This document shows, piece after piece, positions 11,739 through 26,700 of a stretch of DNA of 64,000 bases. This DNA comes from Octopus sinensis (lineage: Eukaryota): contig NC_043005.1 in NCBI RefSeq assembly GCF_006345805.1, positions 21,824,001-21,888,000 of the forward strand, given 5' to 3'. The translations under genes were made by a program, and so were the position numbers. The notes beneath the pieces are model-generated. The model was not told where the DNA came from and did no database searches. It was given only the letters and a program-made list of their open reading frames with translations. How positions within the stretch are numbered: position 1 is the first letter of the stretch; each line of letters opens with the position of its first letter.

Positions 11739-14700
11739 TAGATATATTCACACACACACATACAAAGATAAATTGATAGATACAACTGAGTGGGCAAACA
11801 AAAATATGAGGTACAGCTTAGTGCTTTTTTTTATGTTGATAAGCCTGGTACTCATTTTATTAGTTTGTTCTTATGAAATCAGTAAGTTATGTGGATGTAA
11901 ATAAATGAACAACAGTTGTGAAGCAGTGATAAGGGCGAAACACAGAGACAAAGACACACACACATACATTTACATATATACATACATATATATACGATTG
12001 ATTTGTTTCAGTTCCTGTCTACGAAATCCATATATATTGTTGTTGGCATTCTTTTTGTCTCCGGAGACAATGGAGTTGCGCATAAAATAATCTAGTCCGG
12101 CTTTTACATCTCATGTCCTAATACATCTCCTGCTGTAGCTGTGTAATCATATCCTGGACAAACACTCCCTCTGGCAGGTGCCGCAAATGTAGCGAAGACT
12201 TTGCCTGTCTGGTTGTAATGTCATAGTTTCTTGTTGACGTCTTTTCTTGTTTTTCCATTTCTCCTCTCTCTCTATCTCACTCCTTTGTGTTCCCTCTTTT
12301 ACGGTACGTCGCCAATCTCCATGGTTATTGGCAACTGCTTCCCAGCTGGTAATATTGATGTTGCAGGCATTTATGGTCCCTTTTGCAAACATCCTTGTAT
12401 CGTAAGAACTGTCTTCCCACAGACCTAGTGCCCCTAGCAAGCTCTCCGAAGAGTATGTCCTTGGGGATTCTGCCATCTTCCATACGGCTAACATGTCCCA
12501 GCCATCTCATACGTGTTTGTGTGAGGAGTGCAAACATGCTTGGTATTCCTGCTTGCTTGAAGACATCTTTGTTGGGGACATGATTCTGCCATTTGATGTG
12601 AAGGATTTTCTGGAGGCAATGCAGGTGAAAGATATTCAGGCGATGCTCTTGGCGTGTGTATGGCGTCCAAGTCTCACTTCCATACAGTAGAGTGCTAACT
12701 ACACATGCCTGGCAAATCTTCATTTTTGTAGTCTTGGTCAGCTTATTGTTGTCCCATGCCCATTTGGAGAGTTGGGCCATCACAGCAGCTGCCTTGCCAA
12801 TGTGTATATTGAGCTCAGCATCAAGGGATAGGTTGTAGGTGATGGTAGAGCCAAGATAGGTAAACTTATCCACCTCCTATATTCTGTGGTCTCCAATATG
12901 TATGTTTGGGATATCCGATGTAGCCTGACCCATGATGTTGGTCTTCTTGGGGCTGATAACTAAGCCAAAGTCGCTACATGCTTGCTCAAAACAGTTGATG
13001 AGCCTTTGTAGGGCTTCTTCTGTGTGTGATACCAGAGTGGCATCATCAGCAAATAGCATCTCCTTGATCAGGATGCTTCTGATTTTGGTCTTGGCTTGCA
13101 GACGCGAGAGATTGAACAGTTTCCCGTCACTTCTACTGTGCAGAAACACTCCATCATCTGATGTCTCAAAGGCATATAACAGCAGCAGCGAGAAGATGCC
13201 AAATAATGTAGGAGCAAGAACACAACCTTGCTTAACCCAATTTTTTATTTGGAAGGCGGCTGATGTTGAACCATTGTGCTGTATGGTGCCTTGCATATCA
13301 TCATGGAAAGATTTGATGATCCTCAGCAGCTTTGGAGCAGGATGAAGAGGTCTTTTCTACTTACCAAGTCAAAGGCCTTTGTCCGATCAATGAAGGCCAT
13401 ATATAATGGCCTTTTCTGCTCTCTGGACTTCTCCTGAAGTTGGCGTATGGAGAATATCATGTCAATAGTTGATCTGCTTCTTCTAAAACCACACTGTGAT
13501 TCTGGATAAATTCGAGAAACAAGCAGTTGTAGCCTGGACAGGATAACGTGAGCAAAGGCCTTTCCAACAGTGCTCAGAAGAGATATTCCACGGTAATTGT
13601 TACAATCACCACGGTCATCTTTGTTTTTGTAAAGCGTAATGATGTTAGCATCCCGCATATCCTGAGGGACTGTACCCTCTTCCCAGCTCTGACACAGAAG
13701 CTCACGAAGGTGCCAAAGCAGGATGGTGTTTTTGCCAGTTTTGATGATCTCAAAAAGGATGCCGTCTTTTCCCGGAGCATTGGTGAGCTCTGCTATAGAT
13801 AGCAGACTGTCAAGTTCACACATGACTGGCAAGATCTTGACACCCTCGATTGCAGCCTCAGCTACTGTGGTCTCCCATAAGTAGAGATCCTGGTAGTACT
13901 CCACCCATCTATCCATTTGCTTGTTTTGGTCCTTCATGATATCTCCAGTAGTTGATTTCAGAGGGGCTGACTTGGTTGCGGATGAACCGAGAGCCTTCTT
14001 CAAACTGACATACATCCCACAGGTGTCACCACTGTCAGCAGCTGACTGGATACTCTGACAGATTTCCTGCCAATACCTATTTGCACAGCATCTGGCAGTC
14101 AGTTGGATTTTATTTCTTGCCTTTCTGAGTTCTTCGAGTGACTTTGTAGAAGAATCACTCTTGTATTGCATCAGAGCTGCGCGCTTTGCTTTGATAACTG
14201 TTTCCAGCTCTTAGAGCTCAGCACTGAACCAATCTGGGTTTTGCCTTTCTCTCATGCTGAAAGTATCTATTGATGTGGTATAGAAAGCTTCCTGATATAA
14301 TTCCACCTACTTTCAGCAGAGGAGATTGGGCAGCTACTGAGGGCAACCTTGATAGAAACATATATGTATGTATATATGTAAGTGTATGTGTTTTGGTATT
14401 GGCAACATGAATGACAATGGTCAGAGACTACTTGAATTTTGCACACACCATAACCTGTGCATCACCAACACATTCTTTGCTAACAAGACATCCCACAAGG
14501 CATCTTGGAGTTTGCCATCATGGTTTATTATTAATTAAGCTTATGTCGATTCCTCAGTGGTGTTAGTTTGCATTTATAAAAGAATAGATATATACAAATT
14601 ATAAAAATGATTTTAAAAATATACAATACAGTATTGTTTCTACTTCATGGATTTTCACCTATTGTGGGTGGTTTTGGAGCATAACACATGTGATAATCAA

Positions 14701-17700
14701 AGCGATTATTGTATAAAAAATTATTACTATTGTTGTTATTTACACTCCCCTAAATTTTCCTTTAATTCCAGTTTCTCAGATCAATTTTGTGAAAGTAAAA
14801 GATGCAACTCTGGATGTATCCGGGAAAATATTGTGGAAAGAGAAAAATGTAACAGCAGATGCTTGTGCGGAAGGATGTTTGTCTAATGAAAATTGTTTAT
14901 CATTTGAAATAAATAAAAATGATGGAAAATGTTACTTTTCAAGGCAAACAGCAGCTACCAACAAAAAAATGAAGACAACCAAGAGCAGAGATTACTACCA
15001 ACGAGTTAAATGTAATTCTGTGCATTTTATTATTGCAATTCTCTTTTCCTCTTACTTCTAAAATTTGTGATTCCATTTGTAATTCATAATGTACAGACAT
15101 TGACATGACTCTGTCTTTACAGAAAGACATAGACATATTCCTGAAAAACAATGAGCAATATTAGGAAATGGAAATACTGAATTTGTTCCTTTTGAACACT
15201 TTTATGCATGTTTCAATTGTATTTTATGTAAGTTAAGAGCATTCTGATAAGGAGAGAGCTACTTCTCCTTGAACAATTACTGCTGTGTCTGAAATAGTTG
15301 AAATAGGTCAGCTTGTGTACGTTTTTTTGTTTACTAGTCTTCAAATGGAGAAGATCACTTTCCCAAAAGAAGTTTTCTGTCACAAGGGTACTGACCAAAA
15401 ATTTCACTCTTCGAATTCAAGAAGACACCCTGATCATGCAAATTCAGTCATTGTCTTCTTGGCCAAACAAAGTTTACACCATTTACTTCCATTGAAGCAT
15501 GGCACAAGTTATTCTAACAGCTTCCAAGTACCAATTGCAATTCATAGTTGCCCCCAGCAGAACATTTTTGGGGGCTTGCTCTGCTCTCATGTCAACTCCA
15601 ACTTCTCTGACATGTTTCTGTTGTTGTTGTTGTTATTGTTTCTACTAATACTACTACTGCTGCTGCTGCTGCAACTACTACAACTGCTACTTTATAGATA
15701 TATCTAAAATAGATGATTATGCACATGTACCAGCAATCAAAACTTTGAGTAAAATATGGGAAAGCCTTGTGTTGCATTATTTTATAAGTGGAGGATACAT
15801 AAAAATAAAAACAGTACCCATTATTTTCCAGTGTAAGACATTGTAAGTATTGAGATATGTTTTGAAATAAGTGTCAAGATGTTCTACAGCACACATGGAT
15901 TCTGATTAGGGTGACATTTTGAGAATCAATCATTTCTTTATTATAAATCATGCATTTACATAATTTTGTATGGATACTTTACAATATCTAATGCATGAAT
16001 GTGGTGTGTGTGTTTTGGGTAGTTGGAGGAGTGTAAAATGTATTTCTTGTTCTCTCTTTCTTTTTCCAGCTGACAAACCTGTTATGTTTAGAAAAGCTAG
16101 CTTGCCAAGCAAAGCTACTTTAGGACAGCTTGAGGATAAAACTTTAAAAGAGTGTGATAAGGCCTGTCATCACTATATAGGATGTAACTCATACCAGTAC
16201 AATGCTGAAGCTAAGTTGTGTGATCTGAGTAATGTGACTCAGTTAAATAATGTACTTAAACCCAATGATGGAAATTGGGATATATTTTTGCTTAACCCAG
16301 GTGAGTAGTGTTTCCATTTTATTTATTTTGTACCTGTGAGTTTACATATATGTGTGTAGTGTGTATGTACATATATATATATATATATACCGTAAAAACC
16401 CAGTCTTCTCTATGTCTTGGCATCTGTATCTCTTGCAAACCAACTGTACATTTTTCTTCCATGCTGTTTCTTTTTTTGAGTTCTTTTTCTCTTTAAGTTA
16501 GCCATCTTTACACAATTCTCAGTTTTAATGATGCTGACCTTCTTCACATGTTTCAACAATGGTTCCATGGCATTTTTTAAATGCCACCCTAAGCTGTTAT
16601 CCTCTGCTTCGATACAATCCTAGCAACTGATCAAATCTCCCCCATCCTTTCTTCGGGACAAGTACAGCCTATCGGTATCACTCTCAGCGTGGAAGGCTCC
16701 ATGCATTGTCCTTGTTTGTTTTCTCCTCATATTCATTTACATCAGATCTTTCTTTTGCCATTTTATAATTCCAGCTCCATGCCGAAGTGACCTACATATT
16801 AACTTTTGCTTCTCTTGCAAACTGACCTTACATTCTTTCCTAATGTGACTATGTTCCTATAGTTTTCCTCATTTACCTAATATTAATGCAACTTAGATAT
16901 TGATTTCATTGTTGCTGTAACATTTTTCATGCTCACTTAGCTAATTGTAACTACTTGAAAAGTGGGTTTTGTTCTTTATACTCAGAAGAACTCATTTCGG
17001 TAGTACTGTATGGTAATCTAGTAGCATAGCAGAACTTTGACTCATAATAAGTTCAGAAAGATAATGATCAAAAATCTTAACTAAAACATTTCATTGACAC
17101 ACACACACACGTGTCATAGTCAGTCAGTCTGTGAATATATTTATTTATCCACTTGTCATGCCTTACTGGCACTGGATCCCCATGCTAGTAGGGTGCTAAG
17201 AGCACCATCTGAGCATGATTGTTGCCAGAGCGGCTAACTGGCTTCCATGCCGGTGGCACATGAGAGGCACCATTCGAGCGGGATCATTACCAGTATCGCC
17301 TTACTGGCTCCTGTGCCGGTGACATGTGTAAAAAGATTCGAGCGAGGTCATTGCCAGTACCACCTGACTGGCCCCCATGCTGGTGGCACGTAAAAGCGCC
17401 CACTACACTCTTGGAGTGGTTGGCATTAGGAAGGGTATCCAGCTGTAGAAACTTTGCCAGATCAAGATTGGAGCCTGGTGCAGCCATCTGGTTCGCCAGC
17501 CCTCAGTCAAATCGTCCAACCCATACTAGCATGGAAAGCAGACATTAAATGATAATGATGATTATTATCATCACCATCATTAACCTTCTTCCGCATTTTC
17601 TTTTTCTTCTTCTTCATCTTCTTTGTCATATAATTATTATTATTATTACTATTATGTGATGAAAATTCACAGCTTATTTTGCTGGGCATGATGGAAAGTG

Positions 17701-20700
17701 TCGGCTGTCCGCAGCCAGCAGACTAAGATATTCGTTCACTTGTCATAATTCAAGAACTCTGTGAAGAATTCTTCCACTTCCAAGCAATGCTGATTTTTGT
17801 AGGTGTTCTACCTTCACACTTGCACCAATCTTTTTAAACCATCATTGCTGTTGTTGTTGTTATATTTCTGGTTGGAAGGCTAGAATGTCGGTGGAAGCTT
17901 GACAGGTATTTTTGCAATCAAAGCGACTATCTTTGTTGATATTATTCTTTAAAAGGGAGCATAAGACAATAGGCTTTGTCCCCAGAAAAAAAGAACTAAA
18001 TAAAATAATATTTGGGCACAAGGCCCAAATATTAGTATTTGCGAAATATTTACATGTTCATAAGCGAAAACTGGCATGAAGGGGCATAACCTTCTAATGC
18101 AAAACAAAGCCATTTGTGAGAAAAATGTGAATTTTTAATTATTTTCTGAGATTTTACAAAAACAACCAAAATGTAATTTTCACTGAACAGATAATAATTT
18201 CAGGGACAAAATTGACAATGAATCCAAAAGCAACACAAACTCTATAGACAGTGATAAAATTAACCACAAAGAACAAAGAAGTATTCTGACAGAGGAAAGT
18301 GACACAATGGAAAACACACAATCACCCCATAGTTGAATAGACAACAAAAATGTAACTGCCAACTCCCCAAAGAGAAATAATGTGGAAAATACCATGATGA
18401 CTGATATCATCACAGAAAATAACTCCAACAACACAGAATAGAGAAGCTTAACACAAAAAACAATAACAGAACGAATAATGACAACAAAAACATTGAAGAG
18501 AACACAACCAATACCAACATCAACACCAACAACAGAGAGGTGTTTGTATTTGGAAGTAACAATAGCAGTAACAATGTGAACAATTACACCACCACCATTA
18601 CCAGTGAGAACGGAACAAATACTTTTACAGCAGTACCTACAAAACGCCAACAAAAGTACTATGAGATAGAGAAAAAGACAAAAAAAAACTGGGCTAATCT
18701 TGCAATCCCAGCTGAAGTGAAGGCAGAAAGTGAGAAGAGAACAGTAAAGTACAGGTGCATGTCAGTGCAGTCTCGGAGAGCAGAACAACCTGCCCACCTT
18801 CAAGTGGAGATGGCACTGAGATGAATTTGAGAGGATATCAAATTCATTCAAAGGGTCTGCAGAATTTCATTGGCACTTTGTTGAACTGTACAGGGCACAC
18901 TTAGTGGTCCAGAGGCAGAGGTGAACTTCACTTCCTACCTCAATGGTCTGCTGGAGCTTTTGGCCAGGGATGTGGAGTTATGCAAAATGCTGATAATAGC
19001 TGAAGATATACGTGATGCATTGGTGAGTTGCATGATGGAGAAGTCTCTGGGATTGGATGGTCTGCCCTCCAAGCTTTATATTCATATGCCAGACTTTTTC
19101 AGTGAGCTTTTGCTGGGTGTCTACCACAATTGGCAGCAGGACAGAAGAAACCCCAGATCTGTGAGCCGAGGTGTGGTGGCACTACTGAGAAAGGATCTGA
19201 ACAAGGGAGACATTGTTGATAACTTTAGGCCCATAACTCTGCTAAATGCTGATTACAAAATTATGGCCAAGCTGTTAGCAAATAGGGTGGCATTTGTCAT
19301 TGACAGACTGGTGAGTAATGCACAGACTTGCGCTATCCCCAACAGATCTGTCCGTGACAACCTCCACCTCATGCGATACATCATAGAGAGGGTTGGTAAA
19401 GAACCTGGCATGGTGGGACCCTAATCAATTTGGATCAATCAAACGATTTTGACAGGGTTGACCATCAGTTCTTGGAGGCTGTCCTTAAGGTGGCTGGTTT
19501 CAGTCCCATTTTCAGAGGCTGGATTGCTGCAATGTGCAGCAACATCTTTTTGGTGGTCAAAGTAAATGGCCTCTTGTTGGAAACGTTTAGCATCACATGT
19601 TCAGTCTGTCAAGGATGCCCTCTCTCACTCCTTCTCTACATACTGGCACTCGAGCCATTATTGCAGAAGCTGGATGTTTTGAGGGACATTTCTGGATGCA
19701 TGAACTAGGATACAGAAGGTTTGTGTCAGCATATGCAGACAACATCACTGTGATAGTTTCGGATGTCCTGGAAATCAAGATGGTCAGCACTACCCTAAGG
19801 GATTACAAAACAGTGACAGAAGCAATCATTAACTATGAGAAGTCAGTGGGCCTACAGCTTGGCACCTGGAGAAGCAGATCCTTGCTGACCAAGCATTTCT
19901 GGAGTGTTGGACGGAAGGAACAGTTAAGTTTCTTGGGGTCTGGTTTGGTCCAGACCTCCAAGTGGACAAGAACTGGGGTGAGGTGTCAGACAGAGTAGCT
20001 AGTCTCACCCAGAAATGGGCCAAGAGGAAGCTGTTCTCAAAGGTGGGATGGAGGTGGCAAATGCGTACATCACATCCGTCATATACTACTGCCTGACTGC
20101 TGACCCTTGTCCCACTTCATGGCTGAATGTGCTGGTGCACTTACTCTTCTACTTCCTGTGGAAGGGATAGGTACCACTTGTCAGACAGACCATTTGCTGT
20201 CAGCACCTGTTGTATGGAGGACTAGGCATGCCATGGCTGATGATGTGCAAACATGTGCTGAGGCTGCAACATCTCCAGCAATACCATAATGGTGAGCAGG
20301 TGTGGTCGCCGTTTGTTGGATGCGCTTTTCCAGAGCTCGTCTCCTTGGTGGAGCGACTGTCTTGGATCAGCCATAGACCAAGACAGGGCGCTTGACGCCT
20401 AGAGTGTCTCAAATGCTCACAGCCCTCAGAGGACTTTCAGGTCGGGGCCTGTGGATAACTTACAGAAATCTCTGACCTGTCAGTGCTACTGGGGTATGGG
20501 GTGGGGAGCTCTGCTAGTTCACAATAAGCTCTACAGGCATGGATGTACAGTCAGACGGGCATTTCTGAGATGCACACAGAGCGATGCATACTCTCATACA
20601 GTGTCCATGCATTGCTGACTTGTGGAGCTTTGTCGAACAGTTATTGTCATATGTAGTACAGATCTGGTTACCATCCAAGTTCATCATGAAGATTGCCTCA

Positions 20701-23700
20701 CTTCCTTCCTTTGCCCAGGAAGGACAGGCAGTTTTTCTCTGCCTGGTGGCTACTGCAAAAATGGTTGTTAGGTAGACACAATTGAAAGGGTTGAAGACAG
20801 GTACCTTCCTCTTTGGCCAAGGCCTCATTGGCTTTTCCAGGTTTCACCTGAAAAGGAAAGTAAGGCTGGAGATAGTGGTTCTGTCACCCAGATAGTGTGC
20901 CTGCAGTGCACATTCACCACTTATGGCTACCAGACTTCATTGGCATTACTGTTCATTCATATCTGGATCTATGTCTGGAATTCCTAGGTACATGTTGGGT
21001 ATATTTTAAATGATTGATATGGAAGACAGAGTGTAACTAGAAGTTTTATTAATAAAACAATCATTTCAGCTTCAGTCTGCACTGCTCTCAAGTGGATGTG
21101 GTACAAAGTAATGACATCAGATACCATGCACAGTGCAGTGAGCCTCATCAGGTGTTCAGATGTCTTCAGTTTGTTTTAGTCAATATTTTTATTTCTAAAT
21201 TAGTCCTTGTTCTCAGCCACTCCTGGTATACATGTACCACTGATATCAATTTCTCTTATCTTTCAGTTTACACAAAAGTTGACTGTGGGCCTCCAAAAGA
21301 TGTTGTTGATGCCAAGAAGACCTACAATACCACCACCTTTAAATCTAAAGTAATCTACACTTGTCCAGAAGGAGAAATATTTAAATCAGTATGTAAAGAG
21401 GATCATAAATGGTCTCCTGTACCGTCCACTTGTAAAGGTAAATTAATATAAACAGGTTCTCTCTTAATGTTTCTGTTTCGATAATTTTGTTTAATTTTTT
21501 CTGAAATATCTTTGTAAGAGAAAGAAAGACTGATTCGTTGATAATTTTCATGGTGTTGTTGGCTGATGTCAGGGAAAGAGTAAGCTATCCTCAGATCAGT
21601 GACATCCCCAAATGCTTGTAACAGAATAGACTTCATCAAACTCATCCAAGTTACAGGTTATGGTATTAAATTTGATAATGGATTAAATCTGCTAGCCAAG
21701 AGTAGCAAGTGTAGCAGCTTGTCCTCCCCAGTAGGCTTACACATAGTTTCCAGCCACCAAATTTCATTCACAAGGCTTAGTTGTGAAGCAGATACAGCCA
21801 GAAATTCTCACAATACCATATTATTGTCAAGTTATAGCTCAGCTCATCTTCGTCATTTTCCTCTTCATTTCTAACTCTTCATTTTTCACCCATTCTTCAT
21901 GTCATCATCTTAAATTCTGTACAATAAATAGCCCTGGGTACTTCTTTACTAGAATTCAGCAGCTGACTGAAGGATTTCTGATGCTTTACTGATCTTCCAG
22001 TTCACTATTCTAAATTATGATAATAATTTGAAATTTTGGCACAAGGTCAGTAATTTTAGGGGAGGAGTAAGTCAATCACATCAACTCCAGTGCACAATGG
22101 GTATTTATTTTATTGACCCCAAAGGGGTGAGCAACAAAGTCAGCTTTGGCAGGGTTTGAACTCAGACTGTAAAGACAGACAAAATGCTTAGCAGCAGTTT
22201 GTCTGGCATGCTAAAAATTCTGCCAGCTCACCACCTTATCCTAAATTATGGTAATACAAATAATAACAATGCTTTCTGGTTTGAAAGAAAAAAAAAATTT
22301 GATAGAAGGGGTTTAGTCACTATTATTGACTCCAGTGCTTGACTTGTATTACATGATACTGGTCCCCACAAGAAAGAAAAGCAAATGTGACATAAGCTAG
22401 ATTTGAACTGAAAGCACGAAGAGTCTAAATACATACTGTGAAATATTTCTTCCAATGCCCTAATTAGTATACAAGTATCATCATCATCATCATCATCACC
22501 ATCAGTTTTCCATGCTAGCATGGGTAGGACAGTTTGACAGGAACTTACAAGTCAGAAAACTTCACCAAGCTCTACTGTCTGTTTTAGCATAGTTTCTATG
22601 GTTACATGCTCTTTCTAATGCCAACAGCTTTATAGAGTCTACTGTGTGCTTTTTACATGGCTCCAACACCAATGAGACCACCACATAGCTTACAGGACAG
22701 GATCCCTCAGCTGAAGGGAGTAGTATTGAAGGACAGAAATATTTATTGTATGTGAAACCTTCCCCCACCAATCAAAGATCACCAGGTACTCCAAGGACAA
22801 GTGCCCTCTACAATTAATATTTAAGCACTGTGGGTCACATCTACTTTCACATCAATTTCAATAATTTCCCTTGAAGTGAGCATCTTCCTCTCCATCCTCA
22901 CAAGGTATAAACTTTAAAAATGCAAATTAGGGATTGACCAAAGTGGAAGTCCCCATTATCAGACCTTTCGACCTCAAGTGGCACACAACCTCCTTTCTCA
23001 GAGCAACAAAATAGAGAAAAACTGCTTTCTCTGGATTAAAAGAACGTGGGGCAACCATCATGATGGTCTTGTCTGACAGCCTAATTTGAACTACATACAA
23101 AAGCTTAAATGTTTGACCTAAATCTACAAGTCAAAAATGCCTGGACATTCAACATGTACGTGTAAAACTAGCTTGTTGCACTGTGCACATCTCAGACAGG
23201 ACTGCCTGATGGCACCTCTGTGATTGTAGATTATATCCAGAACTATTAGAGCCTTTTGGTAAATTTGTCAAGGACTTCAGGAAGTTCTCCATAGTATTCT
23301 CAGAATAAAAAGTTATCTTTCAAATAAATTTTTCACTTCATTCTAATCAAAGCCCAGAGTGTCTCTGAGAATATCAGTGCTCTTTCCCCACCACTAATAT
23401 TCTATAGGTAACTCGAGTGTAATACCTATCAATTTCATTGCCCAAGTCAGGTTTGATCCAGGATCTTTAGGACTACATTAGATAATCAAGCCTTCCTTTT
23501 TTAAGATACTGGGGTGTGATTGAGAGTGATTTTCTTAATATGTCTAATAAGACAGGCATGCACTTAGAGGGCTTCCACCATGGTGGTCAACAGTAAATAT
23601 TGAACTTAAAATTGCAAGCTAACAGATATGACATGGTTTATCCTCTTGTATGAATTTTTAATCTTTTTTAGTACCACTTTCTGACACATCAGCTAGTCAA

Positions 23701-26700
23701 GGTGATGGTTGTGAACAATGCTTGATCCAATGTAAACATATTTATTGCAATAATAGACACTGACATTGACCACCACCACCACCCCTAGATGCTCATGCAG
23801 GGCATTGATCACATTAATCTTACAAGTGTAGGAGGGAGTGTGGTTTCAGAATTTCTTGACAGCTATTTTTGCCACAACTAGCTTGTTACAAGATATAAGG
23901 ACCACCTCATTGTAATAAGTTATGTATTCATTATTAAGGTAAATGGCCAAACATAATTAGAGAAAGCAATGAAAGTGAGTGATATTCATGTCTTACTTAA
24001 GAGTAGTGACTGTCTAAGTAAAGTGAACTGACTTGGACAGAGAATCAAATCCAGATTACTCACTCAAGCCATGTATATGTACTAAGACAACAATGCAGGA
24101 AATTACTCAGGTCATTTCCTGCATGGGAAACGAATAGTAAAGTGGCCACTTATTGAACCAACATATTATGATTTCACCCTCAAAGTCTTGTAAAATTATT
24201 GTTAATGACTCATTCTGGTCATGAAACTCAGAAGAGACATCTTTATAAAGATAAACACTTTTTTTTCTGTTTCATTAAAAGAATAATTTTGATTAATTAA
24301 TATTTATTAGTTTGGCTGTCCATATTTATTACATATATATTTATTCACTAGACGATGGTGAGAGTGAAATTATTTTAGTTTTTCCAGGCAAAATATTGTG
24401 AAAGGTAATGGGTTGTAGGCCTTGTGATGACCAGCCATATTTAGTTATGTCCTTTTACATTCTGGGTTCAAATCACACCTGGATGTACTTTTGGTTCATA
24501 AAGCAAATATTAGTCAAGTACTGAGATAGATCTCTTCATATGTATTCTCAATGCAGAAAGTGTGGTCTTGGCCTCTCACACCAATCCTAAAATATCATTC
24601 TAAAGACTACCAGCCACCAATCTCATAGCTACAAGATAATGCAAGATTAATTCAAAACTTGAATAAATAAGCTTTACATTAGATAGAATAACATGAATGC
24701 TAAAGGGTTAAGTTGGGAACAATTATCATTAATATTGTTAACATCAGCAATAGTTATAATTATTCTTGAGTGTTGGGCCTCATGGAGGCAAAGTGGCTGA
24801 GTTCCTTTTGAGTTTTGGGCCTCACAAAGGCAATGACCAAGAGCTTTGGCATTATGTTGTGCTTTAGAAGACCTATCAAGCTGAAGAAAATCACAGTCAT
24901 GGCAGATACTGATATCACACAATTGGCACCTGTGCCGGTAGCATGTAAAAGCATCCATTACACTCTTGGAGTGGTTGGCGTTATAAAACCATGCAAAACA
25001 GTCTGAATTCTGGTGCAGCCCTCCAGCTTGCTAGCCCCAGTCAAACTGTCCAACCTATGCCAGCAAGGACAATGGACATTAAATGATGATGATGATGATG
25101 ATTCTTCTGGTAAGGAGGTATTCATAGAATCATTTGAGCATCAGACAAATTGTGTTGTGGTTTTAGTTCTGACTCGTTAACTTCAGAGTTCATATCATGA
25201 TGATGTTAACTTTGCCCTTCCAGGGCTAATAAAATACAATGCTACACAGGTGTAGAGACCAATTTAATTGATCACATTTTTCCTAGTTTTGGCCTTCTTT
25301 CAGTGTGAGAAATTATTATTGTTGTTCTTGTTTTGTTTTCAATTGTCTCAATCTTGCTTTAAATTCCAGTTGCTCAGATCCATTTTGTGAAAGTAAAAGA
25401 TGCAGTTCTGGATGTATCTGGGAAAGCATTGTTGCACAAGAAAAATGTAACAGCTGATGCTTGTGGTAAAGAGTGTTTGTCTGACAAAACTTGTTTGTCA
25501 TTTGAAATGAATAAAGAAAACGGAGATTGTTACTTATCAAAGCAAACTGCAACTAAATCCAAGAAAATGAAATCAGACAAAAGCAGAGATTACTACCAAC
25601 GAATAAAATGTAATTATTTTTTTGTATTTTATCGTTGGATTCCCTTTGCCTCTTTTCTCTGTAATTTGTGATTCTATTTGTACTTCATGATATGTATATA
25701 CAACCATTTCTGTAAAGACATTGACAGGGTTGCCTAAAAGATCTGTGGTAGGAGTAATTAGTGCGGAGTTGGAAACTGGGATATCCAAGCATATCTAAAA
25801 GGTAAAATGTGAATAGAAGAGAGAGTGGGAATAGATTAAGAGGAATGGGGTGGGGTAGAGGTTGCAAGTGTTTGGGAGCAGAGTGAGAGAAGTTAGATAG
25901 CTTGTGGATGATTATGGTGAATAGTGGTCAAGGATGGAGTGATGATTGATGATAAACATGATTTTGAGGGAAGGGGACAGGAGGTGATGGCTAGTAGCAT
26001 AGAAAGGGTGAAGAACATCAGAATGTTAATTATAAAATAATAGAAATGGGGAAGAAAACAGAGAGGGAGATTAAGGGTAGGTTTTAAGGTGTGTCTAGAG
26101 AGTGAGAGATCTTGAGCGATAGGTGGTCAGGGGTAGATAAGTGTGAGTCAACTGAAAATGGTTCAGGTGAGAGGGAAAGACAGAAAGGAAAATATGTGTG
26201 GGAAAAGACAACGTTAAGAATGAAGGATGAATGCAAAAGGATGTGGTAATAGGGAGTGAGAGAGATAATTGATAATGCAAACAATGATGATGAAATAAGT
26301 AGTTCTAATCTCATTTAACTATAACAGCAAAATAATGCAGATGTGAGGAGCACAATGAAGGGAAATAAGGGGTGTGGAAAGCTTAACTGTAACAAGTTTG
26401 GTGAAGGACCCAGTTGTGAGCACATACATTATGTTTCCAGAACATTAGCTTCACCATGTTGTGCAGGTCTTGCAACCTTGTAGCAATGCGATTCATATAC
26501 AATTCTCATACAATCTGATTTTTACTCTAAGAGAGAAGCCTTTTGTAAACCAAAGAAAGATAATAGCTCTCTGAACTTTCTCCAACTCTTCTTACTTTGG
26601 CTATTATTCTTTCAGTACACCCCATTCCCTTCTAATTATATCACCTAGGAACAGAAGCTATCTACTGCCTCCAGAGAGTTTCTCGGGCATTTGAGAAAAT

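Noticed and set aside
15012-15061. Hydrophobic read-through tail after B exons ([16 protein letters not shown]) as a GPI/TM signal
   Set aside because: It is shared only by the recent pair B1/B1'. The B2 and B2' tails differ in sequence and frame, and T-rich intron DNA explains the hydrophobicity.
24388-24404. Apparent 17-nt microexon (ttttagtttttccag|GCAAAATATTGTGAAAG|gtaatg)
   Set aside because: Its length breaks the frame. The paralogous sites (~56463 and ~42914) have a weak donor or a different length (26 nt).
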